From an uncultured Planctomycetota bacterium (lineage in GTDB: Bacteria; Planctomycetota; Planctomycetia; Isosphaerales; Isosphaeraceae): a stretch of DNA of 64,000 nt. The notes beneath the pieces were generated by a model. That model was not told where the DNA came from and did not search any database. It worked only from the letters and a program-made list of their open reading frames with translations. Below are positions 19,573 through 29,608 of the stretch, one piece after another (position 1 is the stretch's first letter; every line of letters starts with the position of its first letter). Both the position numbers and the translations under genes were made by a program. The stretch is taken from contig CAWGMQ010000006.1 in the NCBI GenBank assembly GCA_963823665.1, forward strand, positions 1,120,001 through 1,184,000, written 5' to 3'.

Positions 19573-20649
19573 ATGTACCGATTGATACGAACAGCGCTGG
19601 GAATGTTCTTGATCTTGCTCATGTCTGGGGGTACGGTCCGCGGCCAGGGCTGGGGCTGGGAAATGTGGGGAGGCTGGTCACAGACGCCGGAAGGTGCGCT
19701 CGCGCAGGGAATGGGGCACTACTACACGGGAGCCGGGATCTTCAACGAAAAGACCGCGATCGCCGATTCGATCAACCTGGACACGCTCATCCGGTGGAAC
19801 GATTATCTCTATCAGGCCAACCTCGAAGCTGGCCGCCGGAATGTCGAACGCCGGCGCGAGAATTCCGCCAATAACCGGACCCAGAACGACGCGATCATCA
19901 CAAGGATCAGGGACAATCCCACGGCGCGTGACATCGAGATGGGCGATGCACTCAACGCCGCGGTCAATCAACTGACCCATCCCAAAGTTTCCAGCTCGGC
20001 CTTGAAGATTGCCGCCTCGGCCCCGGTCGAAGCAAGCGTCATCGCCGATATCCCGTTTCGCAATGCTTCAGAAGCGGTGACGATCGTGCTCAGTCAGATC
20101 AAAGCGGTGACCAGATGGCCGGCAGCGCTTGAAGCGGAGCGATTCGCGGAAGATAAAAAGGCGTTCACGGAAATCGTTGACAAGGCGATCAAGGAAGACG
20201 ATGAGGGCGATATCTCCTCGAGTACGCTGAAAGCCGGGCATGAATTCATCAATGGGCTTCGCGCCAAGCTCGCCGCGCAGCCGCTCGAGGGAGCGAAGGC
20301 TCGTGACGAAGCATCCAGGTTCGTAAAAACCTTCGCGGGCCTGGTGCGGCTGCTCGAGAATCCTGACACGACCGAGGCCTTGAAGCAGTTGCGCATGGTC
20401 CAGACGACGCCGCTAGCCAACCTGATCGCGTTCATGGAGATTTACAACCTCCGGTTCGGCCAGGCCACGAGTCCCAGACAGCGGCTCATCTACCGCGAGC
20501 TGTTCGCGCAAATCGACAAGGTGCGCGACCAGGTCGTCAAGGAAGCCAACCTCCAGGAATCCATAGCGGCCCTTCCCGATCCCGCGGCTGCCACTGACTT
20601 CTTCAGCAAGCTGTTTCTCGACTCCGCGGAGGACAAAGCAAAGAAGTAA
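19573..20649 (+). CDS. Hypothetical secreted helical protein
   Basis: 358-aa ORF, GGAG RBS, signal-peptide-like N-terminus then 'QGWGWEMWGGW'. Confidence 0.8.
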   Translation: MYRLIRTALGMFLILLMSGGTVRGQGWGWEMWGGWSQTPEGALAQGMGHYYTGAGIFNEKTAIADSINLDTLIRWNDYLYQANLEAGRRNVERRRENSANNRTQNDAIITRIRDNPTARDIEMGDALNAAVNQLTHPKVSSSALKIAASAPVEASVIADIPFRNASEAVTIVLSQIKAVTRWPAALEAERFAEDKKAFTEIVDKAIKEDDEGDISSSTLKAGHEFINGLRAKLAAQPLEGAKARDEASRFVKTFAGLVRLLENPDTTEALKQLRMVQTTPLANLIAFMEIYNLRFGQATSPRQRLIYRELFAQIDKVRDQVVKEANLQESIAALPDPAAATDFFSKLFLDSAEDKAKK

Positions 20650-20987
20650 TGGGCGACGCGCTCAATGCGGCGATCAATCAACTCTCCGACCCGAGGATTT
20701 CGAGCTCGGCGCTCAAACTAGCCACGGCTCCCGTCGAGGCCAGGGTCATCCGGGAAATCGCGTTTCGCAATGCCTCCGAAGGCGTCACGATGGTTCTGAG
20801 CCATATCAAAGCCGCAACCACGTGGCCCCGAGCACTCGAGGGAGCGCGGTTCGCCGACCAAAAAAAGGACTTCGAGTTAATCCTTGAGCGGGCGATCAAG
20901 GAAGACGACCAAGGCGACGTCTCTTCGGATACGCTCAAGCTGGGGCATGCGCTCGTCGACGTCCTGCGCATCCGGGCTGCGACGTAA
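20649..20987 (+). pseudogene. Diverged partial copy of an internal segment of the upstream gene
   Basis: 'MGDALNAAINQLSDPRISSSALKLA-TAPVEA...FRNASE' matches 'MGDALNAAVNQLTHPKVSSSALKIAASAPVEA...FRNASE' encoded at about 19939-20270. Confidence 0.75.
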
Positions 20988-21116
20988 CGAGAACCGTAGC
21001 GTTGGGCCGGCGATACTTCTACAATTAATGCAGTCCTGGAGTTCCGGTCGGCGGATGTTGAGCGTTCTGGCTCCCATCTGCTCCGTCGACCTGGCTGTGG
21101 CCCTCGCCGCCATCAG

Positions 21117-24100
21117 ATGGCGCGACCCGACTCGCGCGAACATAGTGAGCCAACGATGGACCCGCCCGACAAATCTGGCACCGCCAAGAATTCGGGCCTC
21201 GTCGGCGAGCCGTCGCCGAACACGACGCGAGAGATCCCCGCGAGCCCGTCGCAGCCGGTGAGTGCTTTCGACGAGACAGCGGACCTCACGCCCGGGCCGC
21301 CAACCTCGCCGGCTGTCGCAGAGGTTGCGCCATCAACTGCGGAGCTGGCGGCGCCCCAGCCGATCGCGTTCGGCCGCTACGAGGTGCGGCAAACCCTTGG
21401 GACCGGCGGCTTCGGAACGGTCTACCTCGGACACGACACGCAGTTGCATCGTTCTGTGGCCATCAAGGTCGTCCGCGGCGGCCGTGGCGTGGGGCCGGAC
21501 CGGGCCGAGCTATTTCTGCAGGAGGCCCGCAGGCTCGCTCGGCTGTCCCACCCTGGTATCGTGACGGTCCATGATGTCGGCCTGCACGAGGGTGACGTCT
21601 ACATCGTCTCTGATTATCTCGAGGGTCCTGACCTGGCGGAATGGCTGAATCGCCACGTTCCGAGCTGGCAAATGGCAGCACGCATCGTGGCCGCCGTCGC
21701 TGATGCGCTCGCGCACGCCCATTCCCGGCTCACGGTGCACCGCGACGTCAAGCCGGCGAACATCATCCTCACATCGGACCGCGGCCCCGTGCTCGTTGAC
21801 TTCGGGCTCGGGCTCGATGAGGCTGTCTCGGCCAAGGGCGAGCGTGGTGTGATCTCGGGCACGCCGGCGTACATGGCGCCTGAGCAGGTCGCCGGAGTCG
21901 CGCACCGCATCGACGGCCGAACTGACATCTACAGCCTGGGCGTGGTGCTCTACGAGCTGCTATGCGGCCGCGTGCCGTTCCGCTCGGGTGACCTGCGGGA
22001 GCTGCTGCGGCAGGTTCGCGATGATGAGCCGCAGCCCCCGCGACAACTCGCCCGCGACGTGCCGAGCGACCTCGAACGCGCGTGCCTCAAGGCGCTCGCG
22101 AAGAAGCTGCATGACCGCTACACCACCGCGGCGGATTTCGCCGATGACTTGCGGCGCGCGAGCGGATCGACCTTCGCCGGCCCGTCCGCGCAATCGACGT
22201 GGATCCTTGCAACCGAGCCCGCGACCGTCGAGTCGCACGAGACCGGGCCGGCCTTGTCCCAGCAGAGCGCCCTGGCGCAGACGTCATCGCGCCGGCGTGC
22301 CCGCGAGGCTGAGCGCCGGCAGGTTACCGTCCTGGCTTGCGGTTGCGATATGTTTGAATCCGACGCGTATCTGGAGTATCTCGACGCGGAGGGCCAGGCC
22401 GACGTTCTGAGCGCCTTCCAGCACGCTTGCGAATCGGCTGTGCAGCCGTACGACGCGACCGTCCTCCAGTGCAACGAGCAAGGTTTGCTCTTGTGCTTTG
22501 GCTACCCGGTGGCCCAGGAGGATGCCGCACAACTCGCGGCGCGCACGGGACTGGCCCTTCTCGACGCAATGAAGGAATTCGGCGCGTGGCTGAGGCGCGA
22601 GCGGAAGCTTGACTTCAATCCGCGAGTTGCCATTCACACCGGGCCGGCCGTCGTCGAAACCGTGGACGAAGTGGTCTCGCTCGTGGGGGAAGCGCACAGT
22701 GTGGCCGTCCGGCTGGCGGATGTTGCCGAGCCTGGCCAGGTGCTCTTGACGGCCGCCACGCGCCGCTTGATTCGCGGTGACGTCGAAAGCACCTCCCTGG
22801 GCCACAGAAAGCTCAAGGGTGTGACCCAGCCCGTCGAGGTGCTCCTGTTACAGTCCGTAGGCGACCAGCTCAACGTCATGGAGGCGGCCGAGCACGCGGG
22901 GTTCACGCCGATGCTGGGCCGCGACCACGAGGTGAGCCTGCTCAAGGACCGCTGGGAACAAGCGCAGGAAGGCACGGGGCAGGTCGTGCTCATCATCGGC
23001 GAGCCGGGGCTGGGCAAGTCGCGGCTGGTGCATACGATCAAACAGTATGTTCGCGGGCATGCCGGCGAACCGGGCGGCTCCGCGGCCGCGCGGGCCGGCC
23101 GGCCGGGCTCGGGTGACCCCAAGCCCAGAGAGGCCTCGCCGGTCATCGGGTGGCGCTGTTCGCCGCATTACCAGAACACGAGCCTTCACCCCATCCGCGA
23201 CTTCTTCGAGCGGCTCGTCGGCGTCGGACCGTCCGACCCTCCGCCGGCCCGCTTCGACCGCCTGGTCCGCCATCTCGCAGAGTACGCGCTCGATCGGCCG
23301 GACATCGTGCCGCTCTTCGCGTCGCTCTTGTCCCTCCCTCCGGATGAGCGTTTTCCCCCGCTCGGTCTCCCCTCGATTCGTGAGCGCGAAGAAACGTTTC
23401 AGGCCATGTGCGAGTGGTTGCGCGCCTATTCCGAGCGCCGGCCCGTTCTGTTCGTTGTCGAGGATCTGCACTGGATTGACGCGTCCACTCTCGAGTTTCT
23501 GGGACGGTTTCTCGCCGAGGGCCAGTACGACCGTGTTCTGACTCTTCTCACGTTCCGGCCCGAGTTTCAGCCGTCGTGGCCGGCGGTCGCGCACCAGACA
23601 ACGCTGGCCCTGAACCGCCTCACACGGCGCCAGGTGGGCGAGCTCATCCGACAGAAAACAGGGGAGAAGACGCCGGAATCCGTCGTCGAGCAAATCTACG
23701 ATCGGACCGGCGGCGTGCCTCTGTTCGTCGAAGAATTCACGAAGCTGGTCCAGGAGGCCGGTATCCTCGACCTTGCCGGTGACGACAGCACGCGCTTGAA
23801 AACCATGCTCGCCCACGAAATACCGGCCACGCTTCAGGACCTGGTCGCAGCCCGGTTGGACCGCATGGAGGGCGATCGCGATGTCGCGCTCTTGGCCGCG
23901 ACGCTCGGACGTGAGTTCAGCTACGACCTGCTCGCGGCCGTCGCGACCGTGGACGAGGCGACGCTCCAGGCAGAGCTGGGCAAGCTGGTGGAGGCAGAGA
24001 TCCTTTATGCGAAAGGGCGTCCACCGCGGTGCTCGTATCTCTTCAAACATGCGCTCCTGGAAGACGCTCTGTACAATACGCTCGTGAAGGGGAAGCGCCA

Positions 24101-25502
24101 GCAGTTCCACCGTCGCGTCGCCCTTGCGATGGAGGCGCGGCTGGAGCTGCCCGGCGCCACGCAACCGGAGTTGCTCGCCCACCACTTCACCGAGGCAGGC
24201 CTCCTCGACCAGGCGATCGGCTACTGGCTGAAGGCGGGCCTGCGCTCGCGGGAGCGTTCGGCCGAAGTCGAGGCGATCGTCCACTTGAGAAAAGGGCTCG
24301 AGCTGGTCGACTCCCTGGAGGAATCCCCGGCGCGGGACGCCCGGCGGCTCGAGCTGCTCTCCCCGCTGGGCGTCGCGTACCTCGCGGTACGCGGCTACGC
24401 CGCGCCCGAAGTCGGGCCGGTCTTCCGCCAGGCGCGAGAACTCTGCGAGCACGTCGGCCAGCCTCGCGAACTCTTCGCGCTCATGCTCGGCATCTGGGAG
24501 TGGCACACGGTGCGCGGCGATCTGCGTCTTTGCGGCGAGCTCGCTGTCGAGGGAATGGAATTCGCCCGGCGGTCAGCGGACCCGGGCATCATGATGGAAG
24601 CACTGTTCATGTCGGGTGAGACGATGCTCTATCGCGCCCAGTTTTCGGGCGCTCGAGCGAGCTTCGCGGCCGCCGTTACCGAATACGATGACCGGGATCG
24701 CACGAGATTCTGGGCTGTCCACACCGGCCACAATGCGGGCATCACCCATCGCAGCAATCTCGCGGTGTCTCTATGGCACCTGGGTTACCCGGATCGGGCG
24801 CTCGAGTTAAATCGCGAGATGCTCCAGCTTGCTCGCGAGATCAGCCATCCGTTTAGCCTCGCATACGCCTTGCACCACACGGCCTGGCTCAACCAGTGTT
24901 GCGGGCTCGGGGCCGCGGTCCAATCGGCCGCCGAGGAGCTGATCGAGGTGGCGACCGCGCAGGGCTTCGCTCTCTGGCGCGCCACGGGAACCTTCTTCAA
25001 TGGTGCCGGAAAGCTCTTGCAGGGCCGAACGGAGGACGCGTTGCCGCTGCTAGTGAGTGGCATTGATGCTTTCCGGGCCACCGGTGCTGAGCTGACCCTC
25101 ACATTTCAGCTCAGTACGCTGGGTGACGCGCACACACAGGCGGGCCGGTTCGACGAGGCGCGAGAGGCGCTGAATCTTGCCCTGGCCATCGCGGAAGAGA
25201 ACGACGAGCGCTGCCATGAGGCGGAGCTGTACCGACTGAGCGGGGCGTTGCTGCTAGCCGAAGCTCCCGAACGGAGAAGCGCCGCCGAGGAGTGCTTCCG
25301 CCGCGCGATCGACACCGCCCGGAGTCAGGAAAGCAAGGGATGGGAGCTGCGTGCCACGATGAGCCTCGCCCGGTTCCGGATACGAGAGGGCCGTCGCGGC
25401 GAAGCCCATCAGTCGCTGGCCGCCGTCGTCGCGACGTACACCGAGGGATGGACGACGCCGGACCTGGTCGAGGCCGCAAAGCTGGTGGAAAGCATGGCGT
25501 GA
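21117..25502 (+). CDS. Ser/Thr kinase - class III cyclase-like - AAA/STAND-type ATPase - TPR fusion protein
   Basis: GTGGFGTV, HRDVKPAN, DFG, GTPAYMAPE; 'EAERRQVTV'; Walker A GEPGLGKS, Walker B 'FVVEDLHW'; 'GGVPLFVEE'; helical C-terminus 'WELRATMSLAR'. Start may be the ATG at 21156. Confidence 0.92.
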   Translation: MARPDSREHSEPTMDPPDKSGTAKNSGLVGEPSPNTTREIPASPSQPVSAFDETADLTPGPPTSPAVAEVAPSTAELAAPQPIAFGRYEVRQTLGTGGFGTVYLGHDTQLHRSVAIKVVRGGRGVGPDRAELFLQEARRLARLSHPGIVTVHDVGLHEGDVYIVSDYLEGPDLAEWLNRHVPSWQMAARIVAAVADALAHAHSRLTVHRDVKPANIILTSDRGPVLVDFGLGLDEAVSAKGERGVISGTPAYMAPEQVAGVAHRIDGRTDIYSLGVVLYELLCGRVPFRSGDLRELLRQVRDDEPQPPRQLARDVPSDLERACLKALAKKLHDRYTTAADFADDLRRASGSTFAGPSAQSTWILATEPATVESHETGPALSQQSALAQTSSRRRAREAERRQVTVLACGCDMFESDAYLEYLDAEGQADVLSAFQHACESAVQPYDATVLQCNEQGLLLCFGYPVAQEDAAQLAARTGLALLDAMKEFGAWLRRERKLDFNPRVAIHTGPAVVETVDEVVSLVGEAHSVAVRLADVAEPGQVLLTAATRRLIRGDVESTSLGHRKLKGVTQPVEVLLLQSVGDQLNVMEAAEHAGFTPMLGRDHEVSLLKDRWEQAQEGTGQVVLIIGEPGLGKSRLVHTIKQYVRGHAGEPGGSAAARAGRPGSGDPKPREASPVIGWRCSPHYQNTSLHPIRDFFERLVGVGPSDPPPARFDRLVRHLAEYALDRPDIVPLFASLLSLPPDERFPPLGLPSIREREETFQAMCEWLRAYSERRPVLFVVEDLHWIDASTLEFLGRFLAEGQYDRVLTLLTFRPEFQPSWPAVAHQTTLALNRLTRRQVGELIRQKTGEKTPESVVEQIYDRTGGVPLFVEEFTKLVQEAGILDLAGDDSTRLKTMLAHEIPATLQDLVAARLDRMEGDRDVALLAATLGREFSYDLLAAVATVDEATLQAELGKLVEAEILYAKGRPPRCSYLFKHALLEDALYNTLVKGKRQQFHRRVALAMEARLELPGATQPELLAHHFTEAGLLDQAIGYWLKAGLRSRERSAEVEAIVHLRKGLELVDSLEESPARDARRLELLSPLGVAYLAVRGYAAPEVGPVFRQARELCEHVGQPRELFALMLGIWEWHTVRGDLRLCGELAVEGMEFARRSADPGIMMEALFMSGETMLYRAQFSGARASFAAAVTEYDDRDRTRFWAVHTGHNAGITHRSNLAVSLWHLGYPDRALELNREMLQLAREISHPFSLAYALHHTAWLNQCCGLGAAVQSAAEELIEVATAQGFALWRATGTFFNGAGKLLQGRTEDALPLLVSGIDAFRATGAELTLTFQLSTLGDAHTQAGRFDEAREALNLALAIAEENDERCHEAELYRLSGALLLAEAPERRSAAEECFRRAIDTARSQESKGWELRATMSLARFRIREGRRGEAHQSLAAVVATYTEGWTTPDLVEAAKLVESMA

Positions 25503-25596
25503 CGACAGTGACGTGTAGCCGGAGGTCGGGCAGATCGGATACCCTCAACTTGGCCCGTTGCGGCTTCGTAGTCCCGTTATTCAATTGGAAACGCCA

Positions 25597-25800
25597 ATGC
25601 TGAGTGCACGCAACCAGCTCCCCGCCACGATCAAGACCGTGAAGCTCGGCAACGTGATGGCCGAGGTGGTGATGACCGTGGGGGGAGTCGAGATCGTCGC
25701 CGCCATCACCCGTGAATCCGCCGAGAACATGGGGCTCAAAACCGGAGATTCGGTGAAGGCCGTGATCAAGTCGACTGAGGTGATGATCGACAAGCCCTGA
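25597..25800 (+). CDS. TOBE/Mop molybdate-binding protein
   Basis: 'MLSARNQL...G.VMAEV...AAITRES...GL..GD.V.AVIKSTEVMI'. Confidence 0.92.
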   Translation: MLSARNQLPATIKTVKLGNVMAEVVMTVGGVEIVAAITRESAENMGLKTGDSVKAVIKSTEVMIDKP

Positions 25801-25839
25801 CCGCGACGTTGTCGATTCCAAGCACGGTTCAGAACATGA

Positions 25840-26367
25840 TCATGCCCGCCCGATCTTGAGCGCGATGACCTGCCGAACCCAGCGTGCGTGTTTCTTTTCA
25901 CCGGGCACGATGACCTGAAGCGGGCCGTGTTTCTCGTCGAGCGCTTTCTTGTCTTTCTGATCGGCGAGCAGGATGATGCGGTCGGTGAAGCCGGGGTCGA
26001 GCTCGGGTAGTGCGTAGACAGCCCGATAGCCGTCGGAGGCTTCGACCACCAAGTAGTTGGCGAGTGCCTTACCGCGCAGGCCCTCGCCGAATTTGAGGCC
26101 CGCGGCCTTCAGCACGTCCACCAGTGCGACTCCATCGTAATCAGCCTCTTTGCCCTCGTGGTCCTTGGCATGGACGCTCTGGCGGGGAAGCTTGGCGAAT
26201 TCCTCTGCCGTCAAATCGAGTGGACGCTCGGCTTCGCCCTTCACACTGAGAAAAGGACGAGGCTCCGCGCTCTTCGCTTTCGGCCGATCCTGGCCCGTGG
26301 CGACGGAATGGTGGGTCAATATCGCCAGGACCAAAAGAAGCCAGGGCGCCCGTGAACGGGTCATCAT
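25840..26367 (-). CDS. Secreted molybdopterin-oxidoreductase-like domain protein
   Basis: AAGGAG RBS, signal peptide, 'YDGVAL..VL...ASDGY...GPLQVIVPGEK..ARWVRQV'. Confidence 0.8.
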   Translation of the reverse strand: MMTRSRAPWLLLVLAILTHHSVATGQDRPKAKSAEPRPFLSVKGEAERPLDLTAEEFAKLPRQSVHAKDHEGKEADYDGVALVDVLKAAGLKFGEGLRGKALANYLVVEASDGYRAVYALPELDPGFTDRIILLADQKDKKALDEKHGPLQVIVPGEKKHARWVRQVIALKIGRA

Positions 26368-26696
26368 ACTCGATCTCCTTTGAATGGCGGTCGTCAAAAG
26401 TATTGCAATTGGTCAAGCGTTAATGAGCGAGACGACGGCGCGTCTGCGCCATGCCTTCAGCGTAACGCACGAGCATCGGCGCGACCAGTCATGCCGATCA
26501 GCTCAAACTTGACGCCCGCCTGGCCCAGCTCCTGCGGCATCGCGCCGCCAGAAGACATGAACGAGCGGCAATGAATCTTCATCTTCTCCGGGAACAAGCT
26601 TGGCCGGCCGAGGCGGGCGCAGCGAGCCTTCTCGGATGGTCATGATGTCGCCCTCGATCGAGAAAAGTCAGATTCTTGAAGCTTTGGAAGTCCGGC

Positions 26697-29591
26697 TCAT
26701 CGCTCGATCCGCAGGCCTGGGCACGCCTGCTGGAGCGCTGCAACGCCCGCCGCCGTCACCCCGACGCCTGTGATCGTCAACCGCTTCAGGTTTTTGAGCG
26801 CGACCAGTCGCGCCAGCCCGACGTCCGTGACCCGGGTCCCGCTCAGGTGCAAATGGACGAGTTTGTTGAGACCGATGACCAGCGACGCGAGCGCGGCATC
26901 CGTGACCTTGGTGTTGTTCAAGAACAGGACCTTGAGACCGTGCACGTTCTTGAGCGGCGCGAGATCGGAGTCGGTGACTTCGGTGTTCGCCAGGCTGAGC
27001 GTTTCCAGGCCGTCGAGCGCTTGCAATCGCGCCAGACCAGCGCCGGTGATCGGGAGGTTCTGGAGGTACAGGCGATCGAGGCCGGTCAGCCCGCTGAGAT
27101 GCGCCAAACCGGCGTCGGTCACTCTGGTTCCAGTGAGGTCCAGTGTCATCTTGCAGGTCAGGCCCCTGAGTGACACCAGCCCGGCGTCGGTGACCTTGGT
27201 CCCACCGAGGTTCAGATACAGGGTTTGGAGCCCACTCAGAATCCCTTTCAGATGCGCGAGCCCGGCGTCGCTGACGTCGGCACCGTCGCCCGTGTGGACG
27301 GGCCTGAAATCCTGGGCGATCCCGCGCGGGTCGAGGTTTAGCGATAAATCGCGCAGACCCGTCAGTCCCTTGAGGTGGGCCAGCCCGGCATCGGTCACGG
27401 TCGTCGAAACGATCACCAGGCTCTCGAGGTTCTTGATCGCCCCGGCGCGCGCCAGGTCGGCCTCGGACAGTTTGGCGCCCAGTTCGATATGCAACCCGGT
27501 TTTCTCGGGCTGCAAGTCACCCGCCTCTCTTTCGTTCACGGAATCGGCTTTGATGACCGCGCCGGCCTTCTTCGCAGCCTCGATGAACCTGGCACCATCG
27601 AAGATATCTTTCGGGAACTCGCCGGGCCTGAGAGGCGTGATCTCGATGCGCTGAGTGTACAGCTCGCCTCTGTCTTTGTCGTCCGGCTTCGGGACCATCT
27701 CGGCCTCCGCCAAGCTCCTTTGCCGCCGTAGCTCCCAGGCCGTGACGTACCACGCACCGCTCGCCAACTGCTTGAAGCGCACGGCGCGTCGATCGTTTCT
27801 GTCCCACTTCCCAGCGTTCTTTTGCCACTCCAGATGCCGGACTGCGATGAAGTCCCTCGCCGGGTCGATGGTGAACTCGTCTCGGAAATCTCCGCTCGCG
27901 GTCCTGATCGTGAGGCACCCTGGCGGAGTGTCGGCGAGCGGCGGAATGGCCGACACCTCGCTGCGGTTCCAGTGGGCGGCGGGCCAATCTGCCTCCATCA
28001 GCGCGGGCAGGCTGTCGAAGCCGCCCCGTAGCACCTTGATGCGGATTCGTGGCGGAATGCCCGACCCCAAGTAAGTGCGCATGCCGTCGAAGAGCCTGAT
28101 GTTGTTGGACTTGTCGTACGGGAACCACGCGGCAATCCGGTCCACCGGCAGATCGGATTGGCGGTCGCCGAGGAGGGCAATCTTGACGTCCTGCGGCAGG
28201 TCGGACAGATCCTGATGATCCGCGACCAAGTGTCGGGGACGGTGGTTGTGGAGGTCGAAGGTCGCGTCGCTCGTAATCTGCTCGCTCCAGAGCTGGATGA
28301 ACTCAGCGGAAGCAGACCAGTACTCGAGAAGGAGTCGACCTTCAAAGTCATAGGTCACCGCGCGGAAGTGCCGGGGGAATCGGCGGATCGCCGCGGCCTG
28401 CCCGGCGATCGCGCGCCGGACGTTCTGGGCCTGGTCGCCCCACTTCGACGACCGCTCGGTCTTCTCCTTTTCGACCACCGGCGTCCCCCTGGGGATCCCG
28501 AGGGCGAACAGGTCCCTCGGACCGTCCTCGGGATACTCGAACTCGGTGGTCGCAAACTCTTTCTTGAACTGATACTGAAGGGCGACCTCAAGGCGTTCGC
28601 GACGCCGGAACAGACGCTTCGTTTGCAGATCGAACCAGAACTGTTTCTCCAGTCTCGTCTGGCCGAGCACGTCGCGGCTGTACCGATCGGTACGTCCGTA
28701 GCTGCGGCCGCCGATGGTCTCGATATCGTAGTCCACGAAGGAATTGGTCTTGCGCTCCTGCTCAGTGGCGTGGCGTGGCAGCCCACGATAATAGCTCTCG
28801 TCCACTTTGAGTATGACGTCATAGACCGTGGGAGGAATGAGTCGGCCGTCGCGATCCGTTATGTAGACGTCGTCGGAGTCCTTCGTCTTGACGATCGATC
28901 CCCGGCCTTCATAGGTGTAACGGTCGTGTTTGATGATGTCGACGAGCGATACCTTGTCCGCCGCCTTCGTGAATTGCCGCCCGTCGTCCAGGTTGACCCA
29001 GACTTCCTCGCCGGTGTCGTTCCTGAGGTGGACCCACCGGACCCGAGCGGCGTCGGGCGCGGGCTCGGCCGTTTTCCCATTCGCCCCTGGCCGAGCCTGA
29101 GCGCCGGCCGGGGGGCCGTCGCGCTGGCCGGGAGCGGCGGCCCATGCCACGGTCAGGCCGGCGCCCGCGATCAGGAAGGCCGCGAGTTTCACGTGCTTGG
29201 TCCGTGTCATCGTCCGGAGCACGGCCGCGGCGAGCCGACCGGCAGGCGACGTCACCGGCAGCCCCGTAGCTGTCGCAGCTCGAGTGGCCGCTTCGACCCA
29301 GCCGGCCGGTATGGGACCGGTCCTCACCAGCGGTGTGGCAAGCGGGCCGACTGCGCCCGCAAGGCCAGACCGATCCAGCCGCCTCTTCAGACGCTCGTGG
29401 GCCCCGGCCAGCCGGCGCAGCGTCGCCTCGCCGCATCCCAGCTCCCGCGCCGCCTCCGACTGCGTCAACCCCTCCAGGTCGCACAGGACCACCGCCCGGC
29501 GCATGGCCTCCGGCAGCCGCGCGATCTCCTCGTGCAGCTCCGAATTCCAGCAATCCTCGGTTGCGCCGTATCGTCCTGCGATCGCATCCAT
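26697..29591 (-). CDS. ECF sigma region-4-only protein with membrane helix, unknown middle domain and C-terminal LRRs
   Basis: N-terminus 'LHEEIARLPE..RRAVVLCDLEGLTQSEAARELG' with no sigma2; C-terminal 'L.L.GT.VTDAGL.HL' repeats at about 26700-27480. Confidence 0.75.
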   Translation of the reverse strand: MDAIAGRYGATEDCWNSELHEEIARLPEAMRRAVVLCDLEGLTQSEAARELGCGEATLRRLAGAHERLKRRLDRSGLAGAVGPLATPLVRTGPIPAGWVEAATRAATATGLPVTSPAGRLAAAVLRTMTRTKHVKLAAFLIAGAGLTVAWAAAPGQRDGPPAGAQARPGANGKTAEPAPDAARVRWVHLRNDTGEEVWVNLDDGRQFTKAADKVSLVDIIKHDRYTYEGRGSIVKTKDSDDVYITDRDGRLIPPTVYDVILKVDESYYRGLPRHATEQERKTNSFVDYDIETIGGRSYGRTDRYSRDVLGQTRLEKQFWFDLQTKRLFRRRERLEVALQYQFKKEFATTEFEYPEDGPRDLFALGIPRGTPVVEKEKTERSSKWGDQAQNVRRAIAGQAAAIRRFPRHFRAVTYDFEGRLLLEYWSASAEFIQLWSEQITSDATFDLHNHRPRHLVADHQDLSDLPQDVKIALLGDRQSDLPVDRIAAWFPYDKSNNIRLFDGMRTYLGSGIPPRIRIKVLRGGFDSLPALMEADWPAAHWNRSEVSAIPPLADTPPGCLTIRTASGDFRDEFTIDPARDFIAVRHLEWQKNAGKWDRNDRRAVRFKQLASGAWYVTAWELRRQRSLAEAEMVPKPDDKDRGELYTQRIEITPLRPGEFPKDIFDGARFIEAAKKAGAVIKADSVNEREAGDLQPEKTGLHIELGAKLSEADLARAGAIKNLESLVIVSTTVTDAGLAHLKGLTGLRDLSLNLDPRGIAQDFRPVHTGDGADVSDAGLAHLKGILSGLQTLYLNLGGTKVTDAGLVSLRGLTCKMTLDLTGTRVTDAGLAHLSGLTGLDRLYLQNLPITGAGLARLQALDGLETLSLANTEVTDSDLAPLKNVHGLKVLFLNNTKVTDAALASLVIGLNKLVHLHLSGTRVTDVGLARLVALKNLKRLTITGVGVTAAGVAALQQACPGLRIER

Positions 29592-29608
29592 CTGAATACC
29601 CCCTACCG

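Noticed and set aside
26400..26690. Possible gene fragment 'FPEKMKIHCRSF...GVKFELIG' on the minus strand
   Set aside because: Too short and no recognisable family.
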